This document shows positions 1-17,162 of a stretch of DNA of 64,000 nt, one piece after another (within the stretch, counting starts at the first letter, position 1; each line of letters opens with the position of its first letter). Under the pieces are notes generated by a model that worked only from the letters and a program-made list of their open reading frames with translations, had not been told where the DNA came from and did no database searches. The stretch comes from the human T2T-CHM13v2.0 reference genome, Homo sapiens: NCBI RefSeq assembly GCF_009914755.1, contig NC_060930.1. The stretch is one strand, 5' to 3'. Made by a program: the position numbers and the translations under genes.

Positions 1-299
1 CTGGGGAGACGGAGAAGTGAGGACTCACAGGAGAGAGGTCTTTAGAAGACAGAGCTGAGCAGAGAGAATCGCAGAGATCTGAAGCATCGGGGCATTCCTG
101 TGCGGAAACCACACCCTGCGGGAGAGGGTGCCCCATGCTCATACAGCACCTGCAGATGTGCCTGCCCCACTGGCTTGAGTGAAAAGCTTTATGTTTCAAA
201 GGATTGAGGAAAGTACTTGGAAAGCTCTTGCCTATCGTGAGGAATAATTGGCCCGAAACTACATGCTGCACTCATTCCACCTCATGAATCTTAAAAGCA

Positions 300-1640
300 A
301 GACCTGAAAGGATTAAACTGTTTTTAAGTAGTTTAGATGAACCCTAAAATAAAATTCAAGAATATGTATAGAGAGGTTAAAAAATCCAGCATTCCACAAC
401 ACAAAACTCACAATATCTTGTTTTCTAATCATAGATTACCAAGTGTGCAATGATGTTGGAATGTAGAATGTAAAATGAGAAGAAAATTCAGTCCAGTGAA
501 ACTGCCCCAGAATTAACACAGATTTTAGAATTAGCATAAAATGACATTAAAACAGTTTTTATAACTGTATTTCATGTGTTTAAAAGGTTAAGTACATACA
601 TTGAAGATATAACATACACCCAAATAGAACTTCTAATGTGTGAGATGAAAAATACATGTGTGTAGATTAGACTTTGCAGAAAGTTTAGTGAACTTAGAAA
701 CCTAGCAACAGCCACTATCCATAAGAAAACACAGGGAGAACAAAGCATTTAAGAAAAATAAACAGAGCATTAACAAGCTACAGGATAATTTCAAGCAGAC
801 GTATACATATAATTGAAGTTTCAAAGGAAAGGGGACAAGAAAACAATAATGCAAAAAATGTCCACAATTTGAGCATGATGATGTAACATATTGATGAAGC
901 CAAATCGACCCTAATCATAAGTAAAATTAAGAAAACTACATCAACGTACATAATAATTGAATTGTCTAAAATGAGTGGTAAAGAGAAAATCTTAAAAGGA
1001 ATCAGAGGAAAAAATGCATTCTGTACAAAAGAACAAAGCTAAGACAAGACTTTTCTCTAAGAAACAATCAAAGTAAATAAGAAGACAATAGAGTCCCATC
1101 TTTAAAGTACTGAGTTTTTTTTTAAACATTTCAGCCTAGAATTCTACACCCAGCAAAAATATTTTTCAAAAACAAAAGTAAATCATAGACATTTTCAGAC
1201 ATGCAAAAGTGGAAAGGATTCAACACCAGCAGACTTGCACTCAAAGAAAGTCTATCAGGTAGAAAGAAACGAATGCAAGAGAGAAACCAAAAATATAGGG
1301 AACTTTCTCAACATGAAAAGGGGAACCTATAAAAATCTTATATCTAATATAATACTTAGTAATAAAAGTCTGAATTCTAAGTGCAGAACAATACATAAAT
1401 GTCTGCTCCTATCAGTTCTATTCAATATCATGCTGGAAGTTTTAGCCAGTGAAACAGGCAAGAAATAAAGAATATCCAGGCTGGAAAGGTAGAAGTAAAA
1501 CTGTCCCTTTATTTGAAGACAACATGATCATCCATGTAGAAAATCTAATAACCTATCCAAAAAAGCCTACTGAAAATAATGAGTTTAGCAAGGTTTTAGG
1601 ACACCAGATCAATACACACAAAAAATTATATTTTTTATGG
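300..1640 (+). mobile_element. Ancient L1M (LINE-1) fragments: ORF1 remnant followed by an ORF2 RT-region remnant
   Basis: A-rich L1-like sequence. The 1400-1630 translation (LLSVLFNIMLEVLAS...LFEDNMIIHVEN) resembles L1 ORF2 PLLFNIVLEVLA...LFADDMIVYLEN. Boundaries approximate. Confidence 0.8.
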
Positions 1641-2191
1641 ATATGTTTTTAATATGTGTTCCAAATTATAGGAGATTCCTAAAATTCTGATATGTTGTAT
1701 AGATATTATTAGTCACAATTATGGTTATTATGTTAAATTATTACAGGCCACAGAAATAACCAGATTTTCCTGTCAACTGCATTTTTGACCATGACCATAT
1801 TAAGTCTTGTTCACAGTTGATTGCTTAATTCCAAGGCATTTTCTGAAAGGTCTTTAGAAGCAAGTAAGATTCAAAGGGATTCATGGAAAGGATGGAAAGG
1901 ATGTTAACAAGCACTCTTGAATACAAGTTTCTGATCACTTACTTTAGAATCATATTGCTTAGACTGAGTAAGAATTTCTAATTCCCAGAACTCTAGTGAA
2001 GAGAGTCACTGGTTTATAAAACTGTTAACCCAAGCAGGACAAAAAGTAATTAAATACCAAGGAAATAGTTTGCTAGATTTTTATGCTAAATCAGCCAGTA
2101 CTGAAATTGTTAAGATATGCAATTTGAATGAGTTCCATGGTCCAAGTCGAATTACCTAAGACAACTCATTTAATAAACAGTGCTATGCACC

Positions 2192-4956
<2,765 letters not shown>

Positions 4957-6873
4957 GCACCTAAATTGGAGAAACAAAATTTGTCTTTAAGAGGACATAA
5001 ATTCAATGTTAAGCATAGACTAATGGAGAGCCTGGGCCGCTACCCAGTCCTTGCTGAGTTTTTAAACTTTCCATTATTAAAAGCTCTGCACTCCATGACT
5101 CATCATGGAAAAGATGAACTAATCCAAATTACATATATCTGCATCGATGTAGCTATAGATATATTGGTGGGTGGTGACTGTTCTTAGTTGCTGAAGTAGT
5201 TGTGACCAATGTCTGGTTTGTCAAACCCATAATCCTGGAAATCCAGTGAAAACTTCAGGGACATTTCTGCAACCTGTTAGGCCATTTAAACATTTATAGA
5301 GGGATTTTATTCAAAATTCATTTTAAATATATGTTTTCTGGTTGTTTAGAAGCTTCCCCATGTCAGAAGGCTGCTGCTATCACAGTAGCTAAAAGGTTAT
5401 TAGGAAATGTGTTTCCTTTGTGGGGCATTCCAGGAGAAATCTCCAGTGATGGAGGTACTAATTTCACTGGACAAGTTGTAAAACAATTAAGATATCACTG
5501 ATAAACTAGATTAGGCAAAGCTAAATGAATAGGCTGGATTGCCTTGATCAAAGGGAGTGCAGGTTGATGACAATCAAATCTCTTCCAGTGGAAGACATAC
5601 ATTGACCCCTTATGAAACAGTCACTGAAAGGATTCTGCCCCACTAATGGAACCTCATTTATCTTCTGCTTAAAACTCTCATATGGCTAAAGGATATGAGG
5701 CTTTAATGCATTATGCTAAAGTGTATTTCCACCAGGTATAGGAAGTCGTTCATGGTTCCCTGACTGAGGACAAACAATTCAAAATCTAGAACCTGCAGAC
5801 TGGATCTTCTGGAAATGACATCAAAGAAAGACTGCCCTTGCCACTTACACTGCCACAAAACCTTGGGAACCTCAAATTTTGGGTTCATTATCTCACAGCT
5901 GAGAAGGGCCACTCCAGACTCTTGGAACTATATACTTATTGGATTCCTTAAACTAAAACTAACCAGGGAAGTTTCTCCCCAGAAGTAAACAGCATCCTAG
6001 ATATGGACAGCCTTCCCAGGATCTTTTATCAAGATTCCTCTGCCATGATGAGATGCTACCTCTTTTAATTTTTTCTTTGCTTATGTCTCTCTGAATAATA
6101 AAATTGAAAAATGGGTCTTATGTACACTCATGCTTATACTTTTATTTGTGGAGGATTTCGCAGCCAACCACATACATTGGAAACTTTATGCCTTGACTGA
6201 TGAAATATGAAGGGCCAATGTGGGTAAGGAATTTTAATGGTAGCTTTGTTGCTCCATAATGTCAGAAGAAGAGCATCTATCCACTCCTGTTAACCTGCAT
6301 CATAGGTCACAGAAATGTGTGACCTTGAGGGCACCATAACCTATGAATGACAGTGCTGGATGGAAACCCAAAATGATGGTAACTGAGAGTGGTGCTAAGG
6401 CCCTAAGTTTTGGTCACACTCTCATTTCAGTGAAAACCTGACCAAAAGGGGAGGATTTTTAAGCAAAATTATGGGAGGCCATTGTTTTGGACTGAGCTCA
6501 TGCACTAGGTCCCAGTAGATCAGACCAAACCAAAATGAAGTCATGCATGTGAAATGCAACATAATTAAGCTGAAACTTTAAAGAAGTAGACAGATCCTAA
6601 AACAGACCAGTTTAATTTTTCTCCAGAAAACAGGAGATTCCAGCACACCAAGGAGGTCCCTCTGCTCTAACCTTTACAGAGAAGCCACCTGAGGTAACTA
6701 GTTTTTTCCTCCTTTATCGTTTCCTTGTTCCCTCCTTACAAAACCCACTGTTCTGCTATTTCCCAGAGGGATTCGAGACCACTACGTCTATTTACCGTGG
6801 TGACAGGGTGATGTCAATGACTAAAGTTTTGATCTACCTCTCAAAACTGAGAGGTGGACTAAAAGTGGAGAAA

Positions 6874-7579
<706 letters not shown>

Positions 7580-8371
7580 TGAGCAAAATAAATAAGTAGG
7601 AAACCAGTAAATAAATTACTATGTACAAAATTTGAGATGAGTGTGGAAGAGTATTTTTAATTTTTGATGTTTAAATTTCTTTTTTTTAACATTGGTGTTA
7701 ATAAGTGAAAGAAAAGTGATTCGTTCTCTGTTTCCTAGAGTTGATGGCAGAATGATTATTGAATGTACCAAGCAGCATTTGTAAAAGCAAGCACACTTTC
7801 TATGCTCTTAAACAAGTCCTTTTCTATGTAACTACAGGATAAAGTAGATATAAATCTGTAACATGAGGATTTTATAGGATGCACAATTTCCCTAGAGTTT
7901 CCGTTCATTTTCTGTAGATATGTTTTTTAATATTGTGGCTTATACTGGTTTCCTTTTATTATTCTCAATTCTCATTTGAAAATCATTAATATTTCCAGCT
8001 TAAAATTATTATATAGTACACTAAAAGATTTAGTTCAACATAATTGTCAGAAGACTTGTGATCAATGGCAAACCTGTCCAAGACACTTAGCTTCCAACAG
8101 GAAAACAAAATTGGTCTATTGAGGAAGAGTGAAGCTGTCAGTCTCAGTTGTAAGAGAATTTTAGATGTCCACACATATTTTCTTAGCTTTAAACAGAGCA
8201 CAAGTATCCCTCAAATTATAGCAACCCAATCCGCATAAAGTTAAGAATGCATAAAGTTAAGCATTCAATAAACGGAGGAGAAAATAAAATTGCAGGGTTT
8301 TGAGGACATTTACCGTCTTGAATATGCACTGTCTTTTCTCCATGGCCAGCTGTTAAAATTTTGCCTGGTGA

Positions 8372-8836
<465 letters not shown>

Positions 8837-11800
8837 AGACAGTGTTAAGTTCTAAATGTTGCATTCAGTAATCCCTGATAAACATTCGTGACCATTACCA
8901 CCATCATTACCTGATGCACAGGGCCAGACATACACATTCCTTTTAAAGCCTTCTCTAATTTTTAAATGCTTTACCCAATGTTGTTCTTCAAACCTTGCAA
9001 GGAAAAAGGAACCCAGTGTTGTGTGGGTAACTGAATGAATAGCAAGGACTGGATTTGTATATGTTTGTATCCTCACTCGCTAATCATGATTCATCACCCA
9101 GATTAGAACTTAGTTTCAATTCTCTGGGGAAAACATTAGTTTTATATTGGTTGCATGAATTTTATTTATTGGCTGAACGAAGCTTTCTAATAGTAGTTTA
9201 ATATTTCCTTGTAACCTTAGCAAACCACCCCAGTCCACTCCTCCAGACATAGAACATATCTCATTCCCTTGGAGATATACTTACTAAGGGTCCACTTGGC
9301 TTAGGCCACAATGCCACCAAATGTCAAACATTTAGGCCTGTAGATGCAGGTCCGGAGATGGGGAGAAGTCCATTAGATTAGGAGTCCCAGGCACATCACT
9401 GCCTAATTACATAAACCTCAAACTCGGGTGCCACCATTTTCTCAGCGTTAAGACAAAACCAATGGCAGATGATCCATTTTCCTGCTCGTGCTAGACTTCT
9501 CTGAGGTATAGAGTTGCACTATTACATGTCACAGCTTTCATGCTGAAGTCCATGTCTTTATTCAGCATCTTACAATAACATCTACCAGGGAGGAGTGAAA
9601 AGAACGAACCCCAGTACTTCCTTCCGCCCTACGCAGCACCATCAATAGCTTCTTCCTTGGTGTCTTCGGAAGGTTAGAAGCAGCTGTTGATCCATGTTCA
9701 GTGGCTTTTCTCCGAGTAGTAGCATGTATGCACTGCATTTTTGTGTTGACCAATAGATAATCTAGATGATATTGACTATATACCACTTAAACAAAAATGT
9801 AAGAAGTAAATAACATCAGAAAAATTTGTGGAACTAATATAGACTGTAATCTTTATTTCTTCATTAAAAGAGTACTCAATGTAATTATGTTAGTGATGAC
9901 TTGTGAGGTTTGAACCAACATTGCCACTCAGTTGGCACTGTCTGCCTGGCTCCTCCTACTTCATGCACCAGCTTGCTGTCTAAAGAAATGGGACGCTAAC
10001 ACAGCTATGATTTATGATTTCCTTGGAAAACATGAATTTTATAAATCCTGTCAAATAAATTGCATTGTCTCCTAAAATTCCTATTCAACTTTACTAAAAA
10101 AGTATTACAACAGGGTAGGATTGTTACTCATAGTCCTGTGATTGGGATGTAGGTGTCATGAAACTATGTTTTTGAGATATTAATAGACATTCTTTGGGAA
10201 AAGTGGTGCTAGTGATTTCTTTCCAAGATGTTCCATGAGACATGGCAGATGCATTTGTAGCTGTTCTTGTCATTGCGTGATGTTCTCTCTGCAGGATGAC
10301 TCCTGTGCGTGAATGTATGACCTGAGCAGTATCTACAAACCATCCGTTCTCCAGAGATGAGTGCAGGGGAGCTGGCCAGATGCTTGCCTGGAGATTTCAT
10401 TCATGGGAAGTGTCAAAATATTCCCAGAAATGCACAGTAACATAGAAAGTAGAATACTGGATGTTCGAAAGGATTTCTTTGATAAACTTCTTGGAGTTTG
10501 CCATAAAACCCAGGGGAACTCTTCAAATGACAAGCTTGGTACCAAAATGGTCTTTTGAAAAGAACAAGATTGGTTAAATAGTCACTGTTTTTGGCAGAGT
10601 GGCGTACTTAGGATTGGATTACCGCTCAACTTCAAAATCGTATGGCCTGTGACCATGGACACCCACCCTCTCTTGGGGTCTGCAGGCCAGCTCAGCGGGG
10701 ACTGTCAGGATGGGCTCCAGGAAGCAGGGTGTGTTCAGGTCTGTCTCTTACTTCCTCATTCCCCTTAGACCTGCACCTACCAGGCTTGTCACCAAGGCAC
10801 AAGGGAATGAGCGAGAACCAGCCATACCCCCGAGACCTCGCCCCAAACCAACCACTGTCATTTCTGCTCACACTCTGAGACCAAGCAAGTCTCCGGGCCA
10901 AGCCCAGCATCCCCGGTGCAGGGAAGCACATCCCTCCATCTTCACGGACGTGTCCAAAGCCGCGCGGCAATCAGTGTGGTGGGAAGAACAGGGCACTTGA
11001 CCACCTGACGCACGAACTGGGAGGGCTCCCACTCTGTCTCCACGCCACACGTAGCTTCTCTATACAGATGCTGGGCAAAAATAGGAAGCATGTTGATCTG
11101 AATCCTGTATCAAATGATGGAGACCAGCAGACGTGTTGATCATTAAGGCTTCAGCAGCGTTCCCAGCATAACTGACTAAATGGCGAAAGACACCTTGATG
11201 TTCAAAACCTCCTGAGCTACCCAGCCATTCTTCTGAAGAAGATTAGGGCTACTGCACGCGAACCCTTGAACAGTGTCTCAATTATTTACATTCTGGTTGT
11301 GATAGAAAACTTGGAAAATAGAAGAAAGAATTAAAATATTAATCAATAATTGGCGGCCCCTCCATCCAGAGATCACCTCTGTTCGCATTTTCAAATATTC
11401 CTTCCGTTTGCTCTGCTATGCATATTGCTATACATAATTCTCACCATATTTCAAAAATAATTTTAATAGTCAACATTGACCAAAAACTGTTTACATTAAG
11501 TTTATTATGAACTAATTTTCCCCAAATAAGAGTTAACTTACTGACATAGTTCCTTGGGAAGAGAATGTGTTTTTTTTACTAAAAATAATACAATTGCTAA
11601 GAAAATACAGAAAATAGTTCAGTGTAATTTAGTACAACTATGCTATCTTAGTCATTGACATCTTTGTGTGATGTTCCCAGCTTCCTCTGTAAAGGTAAGT
11701 CCTGTGGCAGCCGCCTTCATCGGGAATGGGCAGGAGACAGTGCCCCTGCCTGCAGCATTCGACACACCAGGGACAGAACATCCTGACCGCCAGCTTCATG

Positions 11801-12566
11801 GAAGACAATTTCCATATCTACCACTTAAGTCTAGAGGTTCTCTATCTCTTGTTTACATGTGCAACTCCCTGAAGATAAAAACCTGTTAGATTCATTAACT
11901 AATTACTGTCTACTATGTGCATAATATGCTGTTAGAAGTTAAAAATATGCATATTTTAATTTATATTTTAAATATAATACTAAAAACATCTTGTACTACA
12001 GGAGTGTAGGAATATTACTAAGAATTAGAAAAAGTAGAGAAACAAAGTCTTTGTGGCAGGAGGCCAGCCTGGCTTCAAAGACTTCACAACTGGAAATAAC
12101 CCTTAAAGGTGGTGATGTCCTCCACAGGCGACACGATGGGAGGAGAAAAACGCATGAACCAGGGACAGACAGACAGGTGTGCATGGCACATCCAGGCAAC
12201 AGGATGCGCAGGTGTCCCCAGGACACAGGTGAATGGGAGGGCATGAGGAGATGAGGCTGTGGCAGCAAGACAGGCATCGAAGGACGTTGTACGCAGAGGA
12301 GCTGAGCCTTAACCATGTCACCCATGGGTTCTGGGGTTTGCTTCTCTGTGTTAATATCTTTGGGTTTTTTCAGATGTGTAATACGTACACATGGTAAGAA
12401 ATTAAAAGCAAATCCAAAAGCTATGTCTGTGAAATGTAAGAAGGTAAGAAGGGAAGCCTCTCTCCCAATAAGCACTCCTGAATGTAAGTTTCTCATTGTC
12501 ACACTTTCTTTCTCCAGGAAGCAACCGCTACTGCCAGTGTCTGGTATGCATCCTCTCAGAGGTGAT

Positions 12567-12567
<1 letters not shown>

Positions 12568-12608
<41 letters not shown>

Positions 12609-13141
12609 CCACACACACACATACACAAACATACACACATACAAACACACAAACACATACACAAAAAACCCACACACACACAAACATACACACATACAAA
12701 CACACAAACACACACATACATATACAAACACAAACATACACAAGCACACACACGCACACATACACAACACAAGCACATACACAAACACAAACACATGAAC
12801 ACACAAATGCACACACATACAACACACACACACATAAATGCACATACACAAACATACTCATATATACATACATACACAAACACACATAACCACACAAAAA
12901 CACACATACACACACATACACAAACACAGACACACACATACAATCACACACCTACACAGGCACACACATAGCCAAATAAAAACACACAAACATACATGTG
13001 GATGCACATATAAACATGCACATACACACACACATAAATGCACAAACACACTTAACACAAGCACACATGCAAACAAACACATGGACACACAAATACATAT
13101 ACACATACACACCTAAGCACACAAATGCATGCACACACACA
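12568..13141. repeat. Degenerate (CA)n-rich array with a pure (AC)16 head, apparently inside an old L1ME-like fragment
   Basis: Directly visible ACAC/ACAT/ACAA repeats over about 570 bp. The flanks resemble an antisense L1M 3' end. Confidence 0.93.
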
Positions 13142-13276
13142 TTCCCATAAATAGTAGCACACTGTAGACAATTTTTTGCAATGGACCTTTTCACTTAACA
13201 ATCATGTCAGGTTAGGTTTCCCTGACCTAAACTCAATAAGTGCTAATGCATAATTGATGTATTATGATGGCACTTG

Positions 13277-13387
13277 GACCAGGCCTGGTGGGTCGCACCT
13301 GTAATCCCAGCACTTGGTGAGGCCGAGGAAGGAGGATTGCATGAGCCCAGGAGTTCAAGACCAGCCTGGGAACATAGCGAGACCCTG

Positions 13388-13429
<42 letters not shown>

Positions 13430-13578
13430 TAGCAGGGCATGGTGGTGTGCACCTGTGTTCCTAGCTACTTGGGAGGCTGAGGTGGAAGAATCGCTTGAAC
13501 CTGGGAGGTCAAGGCTGCAGTGAGCTGGAGCCCTCCAGCCTGGGTGACACAGCAAGACTCTGTCTCAAAAAAAAAAGA
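13277..13578 (+). mobile_element. AluJ-type SINE with an (AC)17 microsatellite in the middle linker
   Basis: J diagnostics gagcccaggagttcaagaccagcctggg and gaggtcaaggctgcagtgagc. (AC)17 at 13391-13424. Confidence 0.92.
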
Positions 13579-14356
13579 AAAATTGTGCTCCCTCCAAAAT
13601 ACAGAGAGGAATGGGAGAGACAGGACAGGAAAGCAGGAACGCCATGCAAGGCTGTAATTCCAGGTGAAGTCCTACAGCGGCAAGATAGGCTATATAATTT
13701 GCAAAGCTCGATGCAAAACAGAAATTTCCCCTGCTGAAGAATCACTGAGGCAGTGAAGGCAGGGCCTGAAACTGAAAAGGGCTTTTGTGGTGCTGACTGT
13801 GACCACACACACGCTGCAGCCCCTGAGCTGACCGTGCCTGGCTCTGATTCTGCAGAGGAATCCTGGACACGAGTGGCACCTCTGAGCGTGTCCCTCACTT
13901 GAGGCAAGGGGCAGGGTTTTCACAGCTCACACTGATTGATCAGTGCCAGCTCAGGGCCCCTGCCAGTGCTCTCCTGCACTGCCAGCTCCAGAGTCCCAAC
14001 AGGAGCCTCTTCTAGAGCAGCAGGTGCTGGCTGTGAGGGCAGAAGCAGAGTGAGCTGACCAGCAGTGCACCAGACATGGGGGAGGAGTCTGAGGAGCTCA
14101 GGGTCTGAGCAGGACAAGGGCAGTGTCTGTCACAGCTGTGTATCCTGGAGACCCCCCCATATCTGTACAGAAAGCATCGTGCATTATTTGCAGTGATTGC
14201 AAACTTCTGTTCAACCAGTGACCCCACTGATGGGCCTTTGGATGTTTCCAGGCTTTTGGTGGCATACACCATACTGTGATGATTATCCCTATTTTTGTGT
14301 CATTTCACACTTATGACAGTTTTGTCATAGGATACTGGACCAAAGAGTATGAGAAT

Positions 14357-14925
14357 TTTTTTTAAATTTCAATAGCTTTAGGAGTACAAGTGGTTTCTGG
14401 TTCCATGGATTAATTGCGTGGTGGTGAAGTCTGGGCTTGTAGTGTACCCATCACCCAAATAGTGTACAAAGTATCCACTAGATAATTGGAAGAAATCTAG
14501 AAGCAACACATTACCCAACTTCAAATTATACTACAAGGCTATAATAACTAAAGCAGCATGGTATTGTTATAAAAGTAAATACATAGCCCATGGAACAGAA
14601 TAAAGAGCCCAGAAATAAAGCCAAATACAACCAACTGATCTTTGATAAAGAATAGAAAAACATAAATTGGAAAAAGGACACCCTATTCAATAAATGGTGC
14701 TTGGAAAACTGGGTAGCCCCATTTCGAAAACTAAAACTGGATCCCTATCTCAGGCCATATACAAAAATTAACTCCAGATGAATTAAAGACTTAAATCTAA
14801 GATCTGAAGCCATAAAAATTGTATAACGAAACTTAGAAAAAAACTCTTTTAAACATTGGTCTGCCAAAGGATTTATGACTAAGATCTCAAAAGCAAATGC
14901 AACAAAACCAAAAATAAATAAATAA
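14357..14925. mobile_element. L1PB-like fragments in opposite orientations (3' end on minus 14357-14487; ORF2 3' part on plus about 14495-14925)
   Basis: Antisense L1 terminus (tttcaatagctttaggagtacaagtgg...gtacccatcaccc) abuts sense ORF2 sequence (attacccaacttcaaattatactacaaggc). Confidence 0.75.
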
Positions 14926-15989
14926 AGTTGCCTCTATCAGCCTCAGAGAAAATATATTTGGAAACCAACTTACAAAAGCTATTGAAAGCTATTGTTTCAT
15001 AAACAGAGGGAACACAGGAGTCAATGATGCTTACACTTTATGAACCTCACTGCTATTATATTTTAAGATGTTCGCCTGGAGTTCCATTAAGAGAAAAAGC
15101 AGCTCTGAAGATCACATTGGAAGGTTTCATCTGACAGGTGAGGGCAGTCCCTTCAGGATGTTCCCATAAAATGAGGCACAGAGAAGATGAGGAGGCCCAG
15201 ACACATTTCTCATGGAAAACTGTCTTTATGAGTTAAAGACACACAGAATAAGAGTAAACATGAGCATTAAAGAGCAATTACAAGCACCTAAAACTATAAA
15301 AGAGAAATATCAATCTGCAACTCCAAACAGTTCAGCCACTGGTCAAACATTGAAGATGAGAGTGTGAACAGTGGATGTGTCTTCATTGATTTCCCTTTTA
15401 ATTTTATTCTAAGGCCTGGAATGCACCACCTAGGGGAGACATTTGATTAAAAATGTATTTATTCTTAGTATGTAAATCGTGAAAATGTTATTAGTCAACT
15501 ATACCGTATTGTAAATTAATCTAATTATATTGTTTTATTCCTATTTATCAATTTATGATCAATATTATGCTAAAGCGACCAGGAAATAGAAGCATACATT
15601 AATCTACGTGATTGTGTGGATAAATCAGATAAGTTGATGTATTATTAGGAGTATGATTACTTTCTGTGAGCCATGATTAGGTCAGACAGAGAGAAAGGTC
15701 CAAATAACATTTGCTTACATGGAATACACTTTCTTTTTTCTCTGCCTGCAATGTTGGGTACGTGGCCTAGGCTCCTGTACTCCCCGGTGTGTGTTCTGGG
15801 GCTGCTCTGTCTCAGTGATACGCCATGTGTTGACTCAGTTCCCAAGTCTGCCTCGTGCTCCAAGAACATGCCGGCATTCCACCCTGCAGGAGGGACAGCA
15901 GAGGGGAGAGGGCAGACCGCTTTCTTTAAGAATGCATCCCAGAAGTTGATATTGTATTTCCACGTATATCTCTTTGATCAGATCTAGTA

Positions 15990-16220
15990 CAGGGTGAGTA
16001 TCCCTAATCAGAAAATTTCACATTCAAAATGCTCCAAAATCTAAAACCTGAGCACCAACATGACTCTCAAAGGCAATGCTCATTGGAGTATTTCAGATTT
16101 TGGACTTTCTGATTTGGGATGCTCAACTGGTAGTATAATGTAAATATTCCAAATTCCAAACAAATCCCAAACCTGAGACATTTCTGGTCCCAAGCATTTT
16201 GGGAAAAAGACACAACATAT
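15990..16220. mobile_element. Tigger4a/MER46-type TcMar DNA transposon fossil
   Basis: TA followed by cagggtgagtatccctaatc...aaatgctccaaaatc, with an internal inverted ttttggactttctgatttgggatgctcaac motif. Confidence 0.8.
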
Positions 16221-16290
16221 ACAAAGCCCTAAGTCCCTGCAAAGGAGGCTGAGAACTGTAAACTGCATTCCTGGTAGACATTTGTCCATG

Positions 16291-17162
16291 GTGTTAATTT
16301 TCCATGGCTGCTGTGACAAATGACCCAAATGTGTTGGCCTTAACACACTTATATCTTATAGTTCTGGAAGTCAAAAGTCTAAGATCTGTTTCTCAACTCC
16401 AAATGCTCCCTCCAGAGTCTCCTGGGGGCAAGTGTTCCCTCCAGAGTCTCCGTGGGGGCAAGTGTTCCCTCCAGAGTCTCCGTGGGGGCAAGTGCTCCCT
16501 CCAGAGTCTCCGTGGGGGCAAGTGCTCCCTCCAGAGGCTCCATGGGGGGCAAGTGCTCCCTCCAGAGGCTCCAAGGGGGAAGTGCTCCCTCCAGAGGCTC
16601 CATGGGGACAAGTGCTCCCTCCAGAGTCTCCGTGGGGGTAAGTGATTCCTTCAGAGGCTCCCTGGGGACAAACGCTCCCTCCAGAGACTCCATGGAAGGA
16701 AGGGCTACCTCCAGAGTCTCCATGCGGGCAAGTGCTCCCTCCTGAGGCTCCGTAGGGGCTTCGGAGGCCCTCTGGGGACAAATGCTCCCTCCAGAGACTC
16801 CATGGAAGCAAGTCCTCCCTCCAGGGGCTCCATGGAGGCATCTGCTTCCTCACCCCTTCCCACTTCTCAGGCTCCTTGGCTCATAGCCCCTTTCTCCACC
16901 CCCAGTCCAGCAGGGTAGCATTGAGTCTCAGTGGGGACCGCTCCCCACCCTGTGCTGTCAATATCCTTCCACCTGCCTCTCATAAAGACACGCGTGGCTG
17001 CTTTTAGCCCCCACGTGTGTTAGCCCCCATGTGTGTAACCCAGGAGAATTCCCCATCTCAAGATCCTTAATCACAAAAGTCTCTTTTGCCACGTAGAGTA
17101 ACAGACACAGGTTCCAGGGATTAGGACCTAGGTATCTTGGGGACTGTTATTCAGCCTACTAA
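16291..17162 (-). mobile_element. MLT1C/D-type MaLR LTR containing an expanded minisatellite
   Basis: MLT1 hallmarks ggctgctgtgacaaatgac, cagttctggaagtcaaaagtc-like and ccatctcaagatccttaatc...ttattcagcctact flank the array. Confidence 0.8.
16403..16845. repeat. 30-bp minisatellite, about 14 copies (gtgctccctccagagtctccgtgggggcaa)
   Basis: Units start at 16403, 16432, 16462, 16492, 16522, 16553, 16582, 16612 and so on to 16812. Confidence 0.95.

Noticed and set aside
9562-9786. 74-aa minus-strand ORF in unique-looking sequence
   Set aside because: No recognisable homology or convincing splice context. A lncRNA exon cannot be assessed from sequence alone.
11996-13194. Cys/Val-rich and His/Thr-rich ORFs resembling metal-binding or membrane proteins
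   Set aside because: They are translations of the (CA)n/(TG)n array.
16304-16853. Repetitive ORFs and a CRISPR-like appearance of the 30-bp array (also the 29-bp and 21-bp arrays)
   Set aside because: The units are head-to-tail with no unique spacers, there are no cas genes, and the context is primate DNA.
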